Below are positions 35,501 through 47,500 of a stretch of DNA of 64,000 bases, piece by piece. Position 1 is the stretch's first letter, and every line of letters begins with the position of its first letter. The position numbers and the translations under genes are program-made. Origin of the DNA: Leucoraja ocellata (lineage: Eukaryota); contig JAWMAR010000563.1 of the NCBI GenBank assembly GCA_036785375.1, positions 1,054,001 to 1,118,000 on the forward strand, written 5' to 3'. Below the pieces are notes generated by a model, which saw nothing but the letters and a program-made list of their open reading frames with translations, was not told the origin of the DNA and made no database searches.

Positions 35501-38500
35501 ACCAGCAGAAGCAGCTGATTGGCTGATTGGCTTGTATTGTATTTGTATTGTAATTGTATTTGGATAAGGGGGGCAATGAAGGCCAGGGCAGTTTACTGTT
35601 CTGGATGTGGGAGGTCATGGAGTCGGAGTGCCCTCCAGACGTCCACATCTGCGCAAGGTGCGTCGAGATGGAGCTCCTAAGGGACCGTGTCAGGAACCTG
35701 GAACAGCAACTCGATGACCTCTGTCTGCTCAGGGAGAGCGAGGAGGTCATAGAAAGGAGTTACAGGGAGGTGGTCACTCCAAGACCACGGGAGACAGAAA
35801 ACTGGGTCACAGTTAGGAAGGGCAACGGGCAGAGGCAGGGACTGGTGAGTTTAGTAGATTAATCGACTACTGCATATGTCTCTTGTAAAGGTGGATTTGT
35901 GGCATTGATAGAAATGAGGAAGATCTGTTTTGGGGAAAATTAGTGATGGAATAATTTTGTTCTCTGGGCTAGAGTGGGCTCAGGAGGCTTGGATTAGTAA
36001 GTATGCAGATGATACTAAGATAGGTGGGGTTGCGGGTAATGAAGTAGAGTTTCAAAGTCTACAGAGAGATTTATGCCAGTTGGAAGAGTGGGCTGAAAGA
36101 TGGCAGATGGAGTTTAATGTGTGAGGTGCTACATCTTGGCAGGACAAATCAAAATAGGACGTACATGGTAAATGGTAGGGAATTGAAGAATGTAGGTGAA
36201 CAGAGGGATCTGGGAATAACTGTGCACAGTTCCCTGAAAGTGGAATCTCATGTAGATAGGGTGGTAAAGAAAGCTTTTGGTGTGCTGGCCTTTATAAATC
36301 AGAGCATTGAGTATAGAAGTTGGGATGTAATGTTAAAATTGTACAAGGCATTGGTGAGGCCAATTCTGGAGTATGGTGTACAATTTTGGTCGCCTAATTA
36401 TAGGAAGGATGTCAACAAAATAGAGAGAGTACAGAGGAGATTTACTAGAATGTTGCCTGGGTTTCAGCAACTAAGTTACAGAGAAAGGTTGAACAAGTTA
36501 GGGCTTTATTCTTTGGAGCGCAGAAGGTTAAGGGGGGACTTGATAGAGGAGCAAAGACCGCTCCCTCCATAACTCCCTTGTCAATTCTTCCCTTCCCTCT
36601 CGGTCCACCCCCTCCCCGGGCACTTTCCCTTGCAACCGCAAGAGATGCAACACTTGTCCCTTTACCTCCCCCCCCTCGACTCCGTTCAAGGACCCAAACA
36701 ATCGTTCCAGGTGCGACAGAGGTTTACCTGCATCTCTTCCAACCTCATCTATTGCGTCCGCTGCTCTAGATGTCAGCAGATCTATATCGGTGAGACCAAG
36801 CGGAGGTTGGGCGATCGTTTCGCCGAACACCTCCGCTCGGTCCGCAATAACCAAGCTGACCTCCCGGTGGCTCAGCACTTCAACTCCCCCTCCCACTCCG
36901 CCTCCGACCTCTCTGTCCTGGGTCTCCTCCATGGCCACAGCGAGCAGCACCGGAAATTGGAGGAACAGCACCTCATATTCCGTTTGGGGAGTCTGCACCC
37001 CTGGGGGCATGAACATCGAATTCTCCCAATTTTGTTAGTCCTTGCTGTCTCCTCCCCTTCCTCAGCCCCCCTGCTGTCTCCTCCCATCCCCCAGCCTTCT
37101 GGCTACTCCTCCTTTTCCCTTTCTTGTCCCCACCCACCCCCCGCCCCCGATCAGTCTGAAGAAGGGTTTCGGCCCGAAACGTTGCCTATCTACTTCGCTC
37201 CATAGATGCTGCTGCACCTGCTGAGTTTCTCCAGCTTTTTTGTGTAACCTTCGATTCTCCAGCATCTGCAGTTCCCTCTTAAACTTCCAGATAATGGAGT
37301 TGGGCAGGTACAATAACAATATTTAAAAGACACTGCATGGGAAAGGTTTCAGTGATACAGTTTCTACCCATTGCAGGGTAAATGGGACTAGCTTAGATGG
37401 GGTATCCAGGGCTGCCAACTCTCACGCTTTGAGCGTGAGACTCACACCCTCAAGCAAACTCTCACGCCCTCACACTGATCAGACATTTCTCACACTCAGC
37501 GGTGAGAAATTTTGTGATCAACGAAAATTTTAAAACTCGGATAAACTGCAGGGTCCGCGGGTGTTGGAGAGCCGGGGCTGCGGGAGGGATGGGAGCAGAA
37601 CCAGTGGCGGGAACAGATGCGGGGAGCCGGGACTGTCGAGTGCTTGCGGCGCTGACAAGTCGCTCGCTGCAGCTCTGGCCATGGAGCACTCAGGACAGTG
37701 CAAGTTGCGGGCCGCCGGAAGCTCCCAAAGGGTGGTGGAGAGAGAGAGGGGGTAATGAGACAGGGAGACAGGGGGTGGGGGGGGGGGGGGTGAAAGGGGA
37801 GTGAGAGGAGAGTGAGAGTGGAGAGACAGAGGGGGCATGAATGGTGAGGGAGAGGGGGGAGAGAGGGGGGGGGGGTGAGGTGGGAGAGGGAGGAGAGGGT
37901 AGGAGAGAATGAGAGAGAGGGGGAAAGAGAGAGATGGGGGCAAAGAGAAAGAGGAGAAAGAGCCAGGGGGAGAGTGAGGTGGGAGGGAGAAATGGGGGAG
38001 AGAGAGAGAGATGAGAGAGAGGGGGAAGAGAGAGGTGAGAGGAGAGACAGAGAGAGAGGGGAGATTGTGTAGAGAGGGAGAGATAGAGAGGGAGGGAGAA
38101 AGAGAGAGAGGCGAGAGAGAGAAGAGTTAGGGGAAAGAGGGGGGAGAGGGGACGAGAGAGAGGGGGAGAGTGAGGTGGGAGGAGGGGGAGAGAGGGGAAG
38201 AGAGACTTGGGGGAAAGAGAGGGGAGAGAGAGTTGGGGGAAAGAGAAGGGAGGGGGAGGGCAAGAGAGGGGGAAGAGAGGAGAGAGAGAGAGGGAGAGAG
38301 AGAGGGGGGAGAGAGAATAGAGAGGGAAGGGGAGAGGGGTGAGACAGGGGAGAGAGGGGAGGGGGAGGGGCGAGAGAGAGGGGGAGAGAGAAGGGGAAGA
38401 GGGAGAGGGAGATAGAGAGGCAGGGCTGCCAACTCCCATGCATTGAGCGTGAGAATCCCGCATTTCACCAAATTCTCACGGTGATCACAAATTTATCTCG

Positions 38501-41500
38501 CTCTGTTGTGAGAAATTCTGTGATCAAAGAAAATGTCAAAACTCATATCAACTGCATGGGTCGCAGGTGTTGAAAGCAGAAGCAGCGGCGGGGACAGATG
38601 CGGACGGGGAGCGGGACTGCCGAGTGTTTGCCGGCTGGCGAGTTGCTCATTGCAGCTCCGGCCATGGAGCAGCCTCAGTGCAAGAGTCCCGGGCCGTCGG
38701 AGGCGGCGAAGCGTTGCGCCGCTGCCGTGAGAGTCTCTGTGCCGAATTCACCCAGGTGACCAGCATGGATCAGGCTGGGGCTCGGTGTATCCTGGAGGAC
38801 AACCAGTGGCTGCTGGAAGTAAGTACCAAACACTGGGTAGATACGGTGGAAGATAGTGGACTTCAAATTGGGGTGGTTGGTGAAAGCATCCTGCTTGCCT
38901 GCTAGATTTTCACTTACTGTAACTGCAGGAAATATGTTCCCGATGTTGTGGGCATTCAGAACCATGGGTCACAGTTAAAGAATAAGAATAGGACTGAGAT
39001 GAGAACAAACTTTCTTCACGCAGAGAGTTGTGAATCTGCGGAATTCTCTGCCACAAGGCAGTGCAGGCCAATTGAACGTGTGGACCCTTTGTGTGGATAA
39101 AGTTACCCCTTAAAAAGTTACCTCTTAAAAATACCTCATACAAAAAACATAGAAATCATACTTCTACAGTGCGCTAAAACATGATTATAATACATCAAAT
39201 TTAAAAAAGTTCCTACCCTGGAAGGGGGGACACCTTTCTTCCACACCCTCTCCCCACTCAGTTGCTCCACTCCCTCACTGGGTACCCCCAAGGCCAGTGA
39301 TCAGTGATTGCACAGCCTCCCCCCTTTCAAAAATGCTCCAATACAATTTAAAGCATATACATTGCATTCAAGTGTAAGTTAAAAGACTCGCTACAGTATG
39401 CACCATATTGCACAATTTCAAGCTGAAAAATAAAAATGTTCCATACCAATGGGAGGGGGACCCCCTCACCCCTCCCACCCCACTCCCCCCTCCCACCCCC
39501 TCATCCCTCCCACCCCCACTCCCCCCTCCCACCCCCTCCCCCCCCCCCCCCCATCCCCCCGGTCGCTATGCTCCCTCGGGCTTGGTCTCTCGCAATCTCT
39601 CACTCCCAAACTCTCACCCAATGTTGGCAGCCCTGGGGTATCTAGATTAGCATGAACAAGTTGAGCCAAAGGGCTTGTATCCATGCTGTGCAACTCTCTC
39701 TATGACTGCTTTAGAGCAACGAGTGCTGCTGGCTCACAGCTCCAGTGATCTGGGTTCAATCCTAATCTCCAGTGCAGTCTGCAGGAGGTATAAGCATTCT
39801 CCCTGTGACAATGTTTGTTCTCCAGTTTTCTCCCACATACCAAAAATGTGCTGATTTAGTAGATTAATCGACTACTGCATATGTCTCTTGTAAAGGTGGA
39901 TTTGTGGCATTGATAGAAATGAGGAAGATCTGTTTTGGGGAAAATTAGTGATGGAATAATTTTGTTCTCTGGGCTAGAGTGGGCTCAGGAGGCTTGGATT
40001 AGTAAGTATGCAGATGATACTAAGATAGGTGGGGTTGCGGGTAATGAAGTAGAGTTTCAAAGTCTACAGAGAGATTTATGCCAGTTGGAAGAGTGGGCTG
40101 AAAGATGGCAGATGGAGTTTAATGCTGATACGTGTGAGGTGCTACATCTTGGCAGGACAAATCAAAATAGGACGTACATGGTAAATGGTAGGGAATTGAA
40201 GAATGTAGGTGACCAGAGGGATCTGGGAATAACTGTGCACAGTTCCCTGAAAGTGGAATCTCATGTAGATAGGGTGGTAAAGAAAGCTTTTGGTGTGCTG
40301 GCCTTTATAAATCAGAGCATTGAGTATAGAAGTTGGGATGTAATGTTAAAATTGTACAAGGCATTGGTGAGGCCAATTCTGGAGTATGGTGTACAATTTT
40401 GGTCGCCTAATTATAGGAAGGATGTTAACAAAATAGAGAGAGTACAGAGGAGATTTACTAGAATGTTGCCTGGGTTTCAGCAACTAAGTTACAGAGAAAG
40501 GTTGAACAAGTTAGGGCTTTATTCTTTGGAGCGCAGAAGGTTAAGGGGGGACTTGATAGAGGTTTTTAAAATGATGAGAGGGATAGACAGAGTTGACGTG
40601 GAAAAGCTTTTCCCACTGAGAGTAGGGAAGATTCAAAGAAGGGGACATGACTTGAGAATTAAGGGACTGAAGTTTAGGGGTAACATGAGGGGGAACTTCT
40701 TTACTCAGAGAGTGGTAGCTGTGTGGAATGAGCTTCCAGTGAAGGTGGTGGAGGCAGGTTCGTTTTTATCATTTAAAAATAAATTGGATAGTTATATGGA
40801 TGGGAAGGGAATGGAGGGTTATGGTCTGAGCGCAGGTATATGGGACTAGGGGAGATTATGTGTTCGGCACGGACTAGAAGGGTCGAGATGGCCTGTTTCC
40901 GAGCTGTAATTGTTATATGGTTGTTATATGGTTATATGGAAAGGCCTCTTTCTCTGTCACACGGAATCATAGGCAGTTATTTACCCTTGAATTGCCTTCT
41001 TATTTTAGTCAACTGTAAAATTGAACTAATTGGCTAGATTGAACTATTTAAAAATTCTAGATTAAAGGAAGTGCAGATGCTGGTTCATACAAAAAACTCA
41101 AAGTGCGGGAGGAAATCAGCGGGTCAAGCAGCGTCTGGAGAACATGGATCAGTGACATTTCGGGTGGGGATCCGATTTCAGACTGAAGTCATGTCACGTT
41201 AGAACATGCATTGTACTCACACTCAGTCCAGTGTTAGTTTTCAAGGATGTTTGTTATTCATAGCTTGTAGTTGTTACATATTTAGCAGAGAGAAGACGAG
41301 ACAAACTAAAGCACCTGTAAAATTCAACTAAAAGACTGCAGAAAGAAGCGTGAGAAGAAGGCTCTTATCTAAACAATGTACTTTCAAGAGTGATTTAGAT
41401 TTAGCTCTTAAGGCTAAAGGAATCAAGGGATATGGGGAGAAGGCAGGACCAGGATACTGATTTTAGATGATCAGCCATGATCATATTGATTGGTGGTGCT

Positions 41501-44500
41501 GGCTCGAAGGGCCGAATGGCCTACTCCTGCACCTATATTTCCAAGTTTCTATAATTAGTATATAGTCGGCTATTTGTGGTGTTTCTTGAAAAGAAAAAGA
41601 TGAGAGACACTGAAAGACCTGCAGAACACAAATAAATGACTGCAGCAAGCAACTTGAAATGAAGACCCGTTACCTAGACAACATCATTACTTATTATTCA
41701 GCTATCAATGTTTGTGATGTTTCTTATTGGAATTAAAACATCATCCAAGTTTTGTCCCTTCCTTATTGCTACTGGTTGGCATAAGCTTTTTTATGCCAGA
41801 GAGAATGAATCACCTAAGAATACCAAGGAAAGGTAGAGCAGTCACACATCACTGGATATCTTTAACATCTTAAACATTTGGAAAGTGGTGAAATCATTGG
41901 ACAAAGTCAGCATGGATTTACGAAAGGTAAATCATGCCTGACGAATCTTATAGAATTTTTCGAGGATGTAACTAGTAGAGTGGATAAGGCAGAACCAGTG
42001 GATGTGTTATATCTGGACTTTCAGAAGGCTTTCGACAAGGTCCCACATAAGAGGTTAGTATACAAACTTAAAGCACACGGTATTGGCGGGTTCAGTATTG
42101 ATGTGGATAGAGATGGACTGAAATGAGGAAAACATTTTTCACACAGAGTGGTGAATCTCTGGAATTCTCTCCCGCAGAGGGTAGTTGAGGCCAGTTCATT
42201 GACTATATTTAAAAGGGAGTTGGATGTGGTCCTTGTGGCTAAAGGGATCAGGGGGTATGGAGAGAAGGCAGGTACAGGATACTGAGTTGGATGATCAGCC
42301 ATGATCATATTGAATGGCGGTGCAGGCTCGAAGGGCCGAATGGCCTACTCCTGCACCTATGTTCTATGTTTCTATGTTTAACCTGTTCAATGCCACCCCC
42401 GAGTACACTCGGGTCATGGCCACTAGTAAAATTAAACTTGGCAGGGAACAGCTTCATGATCTCCATAGTTTAGAGAAATCCTTCAATGGCCATGAGGGGT
42501 GAGCCTTATATATATATTTCTCTAACCATAGGAAGCACTTTTGTGGTGAAAGAAGGGTCAGCTCGGGTCTCGAAAGGATCCAACCTTTGCAGCTTTATAT
42601 TTGTTTATATGCAATAAGCAAAGAGAACACAATATAAGATAAAAAATGATCATAATTATCAGCAAAGCCAATAGATCATGCGGCACAGTGGCACGGTGGT
42701 AGAGTTGCTGCCTTACAGCACTTGCAGCGCCAGAGACGTGGGTTTGATCCTGACTACGAGTGGTGTCTGTACAGAGTTTGTACGTTCTCACAATCAATCA
42801 ATCAATCAATCAACCTTTATTGTCATCTTGCAAGCAACAAGTACAGTGCAAAATGAAAAGACGTTTCCCAGTGAATAGCGGAGCCTCGCACATGAAATTT
42901 AAAACACTTCTCACATAATAACACTAAAAAAACAATCCAGTCCCTGATGGAACAGAATAAATAGTTAAAATCAGGTAAGAAACACAATGTTAAAATACAG
43001 TAAACCAATTATAAAAAAATGTCCGGGGCCGCTGATTTAAGTGGCCAGTGCCAGTTATTAAAGTGTCGCAGCCGCAGAGTCAAGTCAAGTGACTGTGAGT
43101 GCAGAGTGACTGTTTAGCAGCCTCACCGCCTGTGGTAGGAAGCTGTTTAGCAGCCTCGTAGTCCGGGCTTTGATGCTTCGATATCTCTTGCCTGATGGCA
43201 AGAGATCCAGGTGTGTGTGGAGGGGGTGCAGTTTGTCCTTGGCAATTCTCTGTGCTTTCTTCAGACAGCGGCTCTGGAACAGTTCTTGTACCGAGGGTAG
43301 GGAGACGCCAATAATCCTCTCTGCTCCCCTCACTACCCTCTGCAGAGCCTTCCTGTCCGAGCAGTTGCAGGTGCAGTACCACGTATTGATGCAGTACGTG
43401 AGTACAGACTCCACCGTGCCCCTGTAGAAAGTCCTGAGGATGTTGGTGGGGAGTGAGGCCTGTTTTAGTTTCCTCAGGAAGTGCAGTCGCTGATGGGCCC
43501 GTTTGACGGTCCCAGTGGTGTTCCTGGACCAGGTGAGGTTGTCCGTTATCTGCACACCGAGGAACTTTATGCTCTCCACTCTCTCCACTGCAGTGCCACT
43601 AATGTTGAGCGGTGTATGCTCAGGCTGCGCCCTCCTGAAGTCGACAACCATCTCCTTAGTTTTTTCGACATTCAATTCTAGGTTATTTTTGCCGCACCAG
43701 TCCACCAGTTGTTCTACTTCCTCCCTGTACCTTGTTTCGTCATCTCCACTGATGAGTCCCACCACTGTAGTGTCGTCCGCGAACTTTATGATTTTATTGT
43801 CCCTGAATCTGGCAGCACAGTCATGTGTGAGCAGTGTGAACAACAGCGGGCTGAGCACACAGCCTTGAGGGGAGCCGGTGCTCAGCGTGATCGAGCCTGA
43901 AGTGTTCTTGCCAACACGGACTGACTGCGGTCTCTCTGTCAGAAAGTCCAAGATCCAGTGACACAGGGTGGTGTTGAGGCCCAGCAGGGTTAGTTTCTCC
44001 ACAAGTCTCTGTGGGATGATGGTATTAAACGCTGAGCTGAAGTCAATGTACAGGATTCTGGCGTATGTGTTCTTGTGTTCCAGATGCGCGATTACTGTGT
44101 GCAGCGTGGTGGAGATGGCATCCTCTGTAGAGCGGTTGGGGCGATGGGCAAACTGTAGGGGGTCTAACGATGAGGGGAGGCTGGCAGTAATGTGGGGTTT
44201 CACCAGGCGTTCAAAACACTTCATTATTATTGGGGTCAGGGCAACAGGGCGGTAGTCATTTAGGCAGGCAACCACCGTGACCTGTGTGGGTTTTCTCCAT
44301 TATCTTCGGTTTCCATCCACACTCCAAAGACGTACAGGTTTGTAGGTTAATTGGCTCGGTATAAATGCGCCTAGTGCGTGTAAAATAGTGTTAATGTGTG
44401 GGGATCACTGCTTGGTGTGGACCCGGTGGGCCGAATGGCCTGTTTCTGCACTGTATCTCTAAACTAAAATAAGCTAAACCAAGCTTGCAGTGAGGAGTTT

Positions 44501-47500
44501 CCCCAAAAAGTTCAGCCATCCAATAACTTAGCCTCATAAGGTGGAAGGAGGAACTGCTTGGTCAACTGAAAAAGTACAGAGGTTTAGAGAGAGAGTTGCT
44601 ATAATCACTGATGGAAACATTTCAACACACAATACTAATGACACAGGGTAGCATGGTGGCACAGCGGTAGAGTTGCTGCCTCACAGCTACAGAGACCTGG
44701 GTTCGATCCTGACTCCGGGTGTTGTCGGTACGTAGTTTGTACATTGACCTCGTGACTGTGAGGGTTTTCTCTAATTGTTCCAGTTTCATCCAACAATCCA
44801 AAGACTCACATGTTTGTAGGTTAATTGGCTTCGGTAAAAATTGTAGATTGTACCTCGTATGTGGGATAGTACTGATGTACAGATATTGCTGGGCGATGAG
44901 GGCACAGTGGGCTGAAGGGCCTGTTTTCATGCTTTATCTCTAACCTAACTAAAGTAATTGTCCTTGTAACAAATATGAGCTTATTTCACACCTGGGGCAT
45001 ATATCCAGGGTTTCTTTCCTTTCATCTTAATTCCGCTCAAAGGAAGAGCCATCGTTAATATAGGATCAGGTCGGCATTCTGTAGTGATGTTTCTGCCAAA
45101 GGCAGAATTCTTCCAACTTCTCCAAACATATTGCTGCCTCACAGTGCCATAGACCAAGGTACAAGACTGCTGTCTGTATGGAGTTTGTACGTTTTCCCCG
45201 TGACCGCTTGAGTTTTCTCAGAGATCTTGGTTTCCTCCCACACTCCAAAGACATACAGGTTTGTCGGCTAATTGGCTTTGTATAAATGTAAATTGCCCCT
45301 AGTGTGTGTGGGATAATGGGGGGTGGGGGTTGTGCGTGGGGGGCTGGGTGTGCGTGGGGGGCTGGGTGTGCGTGGGGGGCTGGGTGTGGGCAGGGGGGCT
45401 TGTGGTGGGGAGGGGCTTGTGGAGACATCGGCGACATCTCCGACTGGGCTGGGTCACCGACTCCGGGCTGGGTCTCCCACGTTGGACTGGGCTGGGTCAG
45501 GTCTCTGACGCTGGGCTGCTGCTTGGGGAGGGGCTGGGCTGGGTTGGATCTCTCCGAAAGACTGGTTGGAAACCTACGCCGGCCACGTTCAGCTCCTGTA
45601 AAGACGCGATGGCGCAGGAAGGGGTAGACCGTTCCGGGGAGTGATGGGGATGAGACTAATCTGCGCGACGCCGACTGGCAGGAGAAGAGATCGATCTGCG
45701 CATGCGCGTTTTTAAAGATTTTGAAACCTCGCTAACATTTACGGCATTCATCCGATCGGAACGAAACTTGGTGCACTCGCAGCACAGGAGAACGGTGAGT
45801 GAACTGGTGAAATATCGTTGCACTATCGCAATCCATTTTTGCACAAATAAAAAGACCGCCAAACCGGAAGATAACAAGATGAGAGTTGTACATATGTATA
45901 GATAGATAGATAGATTATTAGTAAGTACAGCATATAACCCTCCATCATTATCGCCACCTCCAGCAGGATCCCATTACTAGCCACTTCCCATCTCACCACT
46001 TTCTGCTTTGTGCAGAGACCGTTCCCAAGGAAAACTCCCTGGTCAACTCATCCCTTCACACACAAACCACCCCCATCCCGGGTACTTTCCCCTGCAACTG
46101 CAGGAGATGCAACGCCTGTCCCTTTACCTCCGCCTTCACCTTCCCGCTCTACTCCATCCAAGGCCCCAAAGTCTTTCCAGGTGAAGCAGAGGTTCACTTG
46201 CTCCTCCCCCAACCTCATCTACTGTATCCACTGTTCCAGTTGTCAACTTCTCTGCATCGGCGAGACCAAGCGCAGGCTTGGCGATCATTTCACTGAACAC
46301 GTCCGCTCAGTCCGTCTTAACCTACCTGATCTCCCGGTGGCTCAGCACTTCAACTTCCCCTCCGATTCCCAATATGAACTTTCTGTCCTGGGCTTCCTCC
46401 ATTGTGTGAGTGAGGCCCAGTGCAAATTGGAGGAACAGCACCTCTTATTTTACTTGGTTTAGTTTATAGTCCATAGTTATGAACAATTTAGTATACCCTC
46501 CAGCAGTATAAACATTGACTTCTCTATCATTCGATAGCCCTTGCTTTCTCTTTCCATCCCCTCCCCTTCCCAGTTCTCCCACCAGTCTTACTGTCTCTGC
46601 CTATATTCTATCTTTGTCTCTCCCTTGACATCAATCTGAGAAAGTGTCTCGACCAGAAACGTCGCACATTCCTTCTCTCCAGAGATGCTGCTTGTCCTGC
46701 AGCATTTTGTGTCTACCTTCGGTTTTAACCAAGAGAATAGACAATAGGTGCAGGAGTAGGTCATTTGGCCCTTCGAGCCAGCACCGCCATTCAATGTGAT
46801 CATGGCTGATCATCCACAATCAGTACCCCGTTCCTGCCTTCTCTGCATATCCCCTGACTCCACTATCTTTACAAGCCCTATCTAGCTCTCTCTTGAAAGT
46901 ATCCAGAGAACTGGCCCTCACTGCCCTTCCTGAGGCGGATAATACCACAGACACCACTCTCTGTGAGAAAAAGTGCTTCCTCGTCTCCGTTCTAAATGTC
47001 TTACTCCTTGGAGAATAGAAAGATCAGTGTGGAGAATACGAACATGCAGGGGCTCTTTGAAGGTAAATAAGAAGGAAATGATGGGTCACTTGATGAGCAT
47101 TAAGGTGGATAAATCCCAGGACGGAGGGATGTAGTAGATAATAATAATAATAATAATAATAATAATTGTTGAAAACATTAGTGAGGCAGTGGTGCTGGAT
47201 TACAACCGGCATGGTGAAGGTCACATCCCTCCTCTGTCCTCCATGCAGCTGGCAAGCTCCTCTTATCTACTATACACATGCGTCTTCCATCAAGCATCAT
47301 CTTGATTGGCCGTCCTGGGTCAAGTCTTCCATGGGTGGGTTCCCACAGCACAACCTTTTTTACTGCCATTTCAAGGTGGCGGAACCACATCATCCTTCTC
47401 AACGTGATCTTCTCGGTCAGAGGTGGAGTCTCGCCATAGAGTTGATGATGTGGTTTTAATGTTTTATGTAAAGCACTTTGAATTACCTTGTTGAAAGGTG

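Noticed and set aside
37496-38471. 315-aa and 257-aa minus-strand ORFs
   Set aside because: Artefacts of the GA-rich tract.
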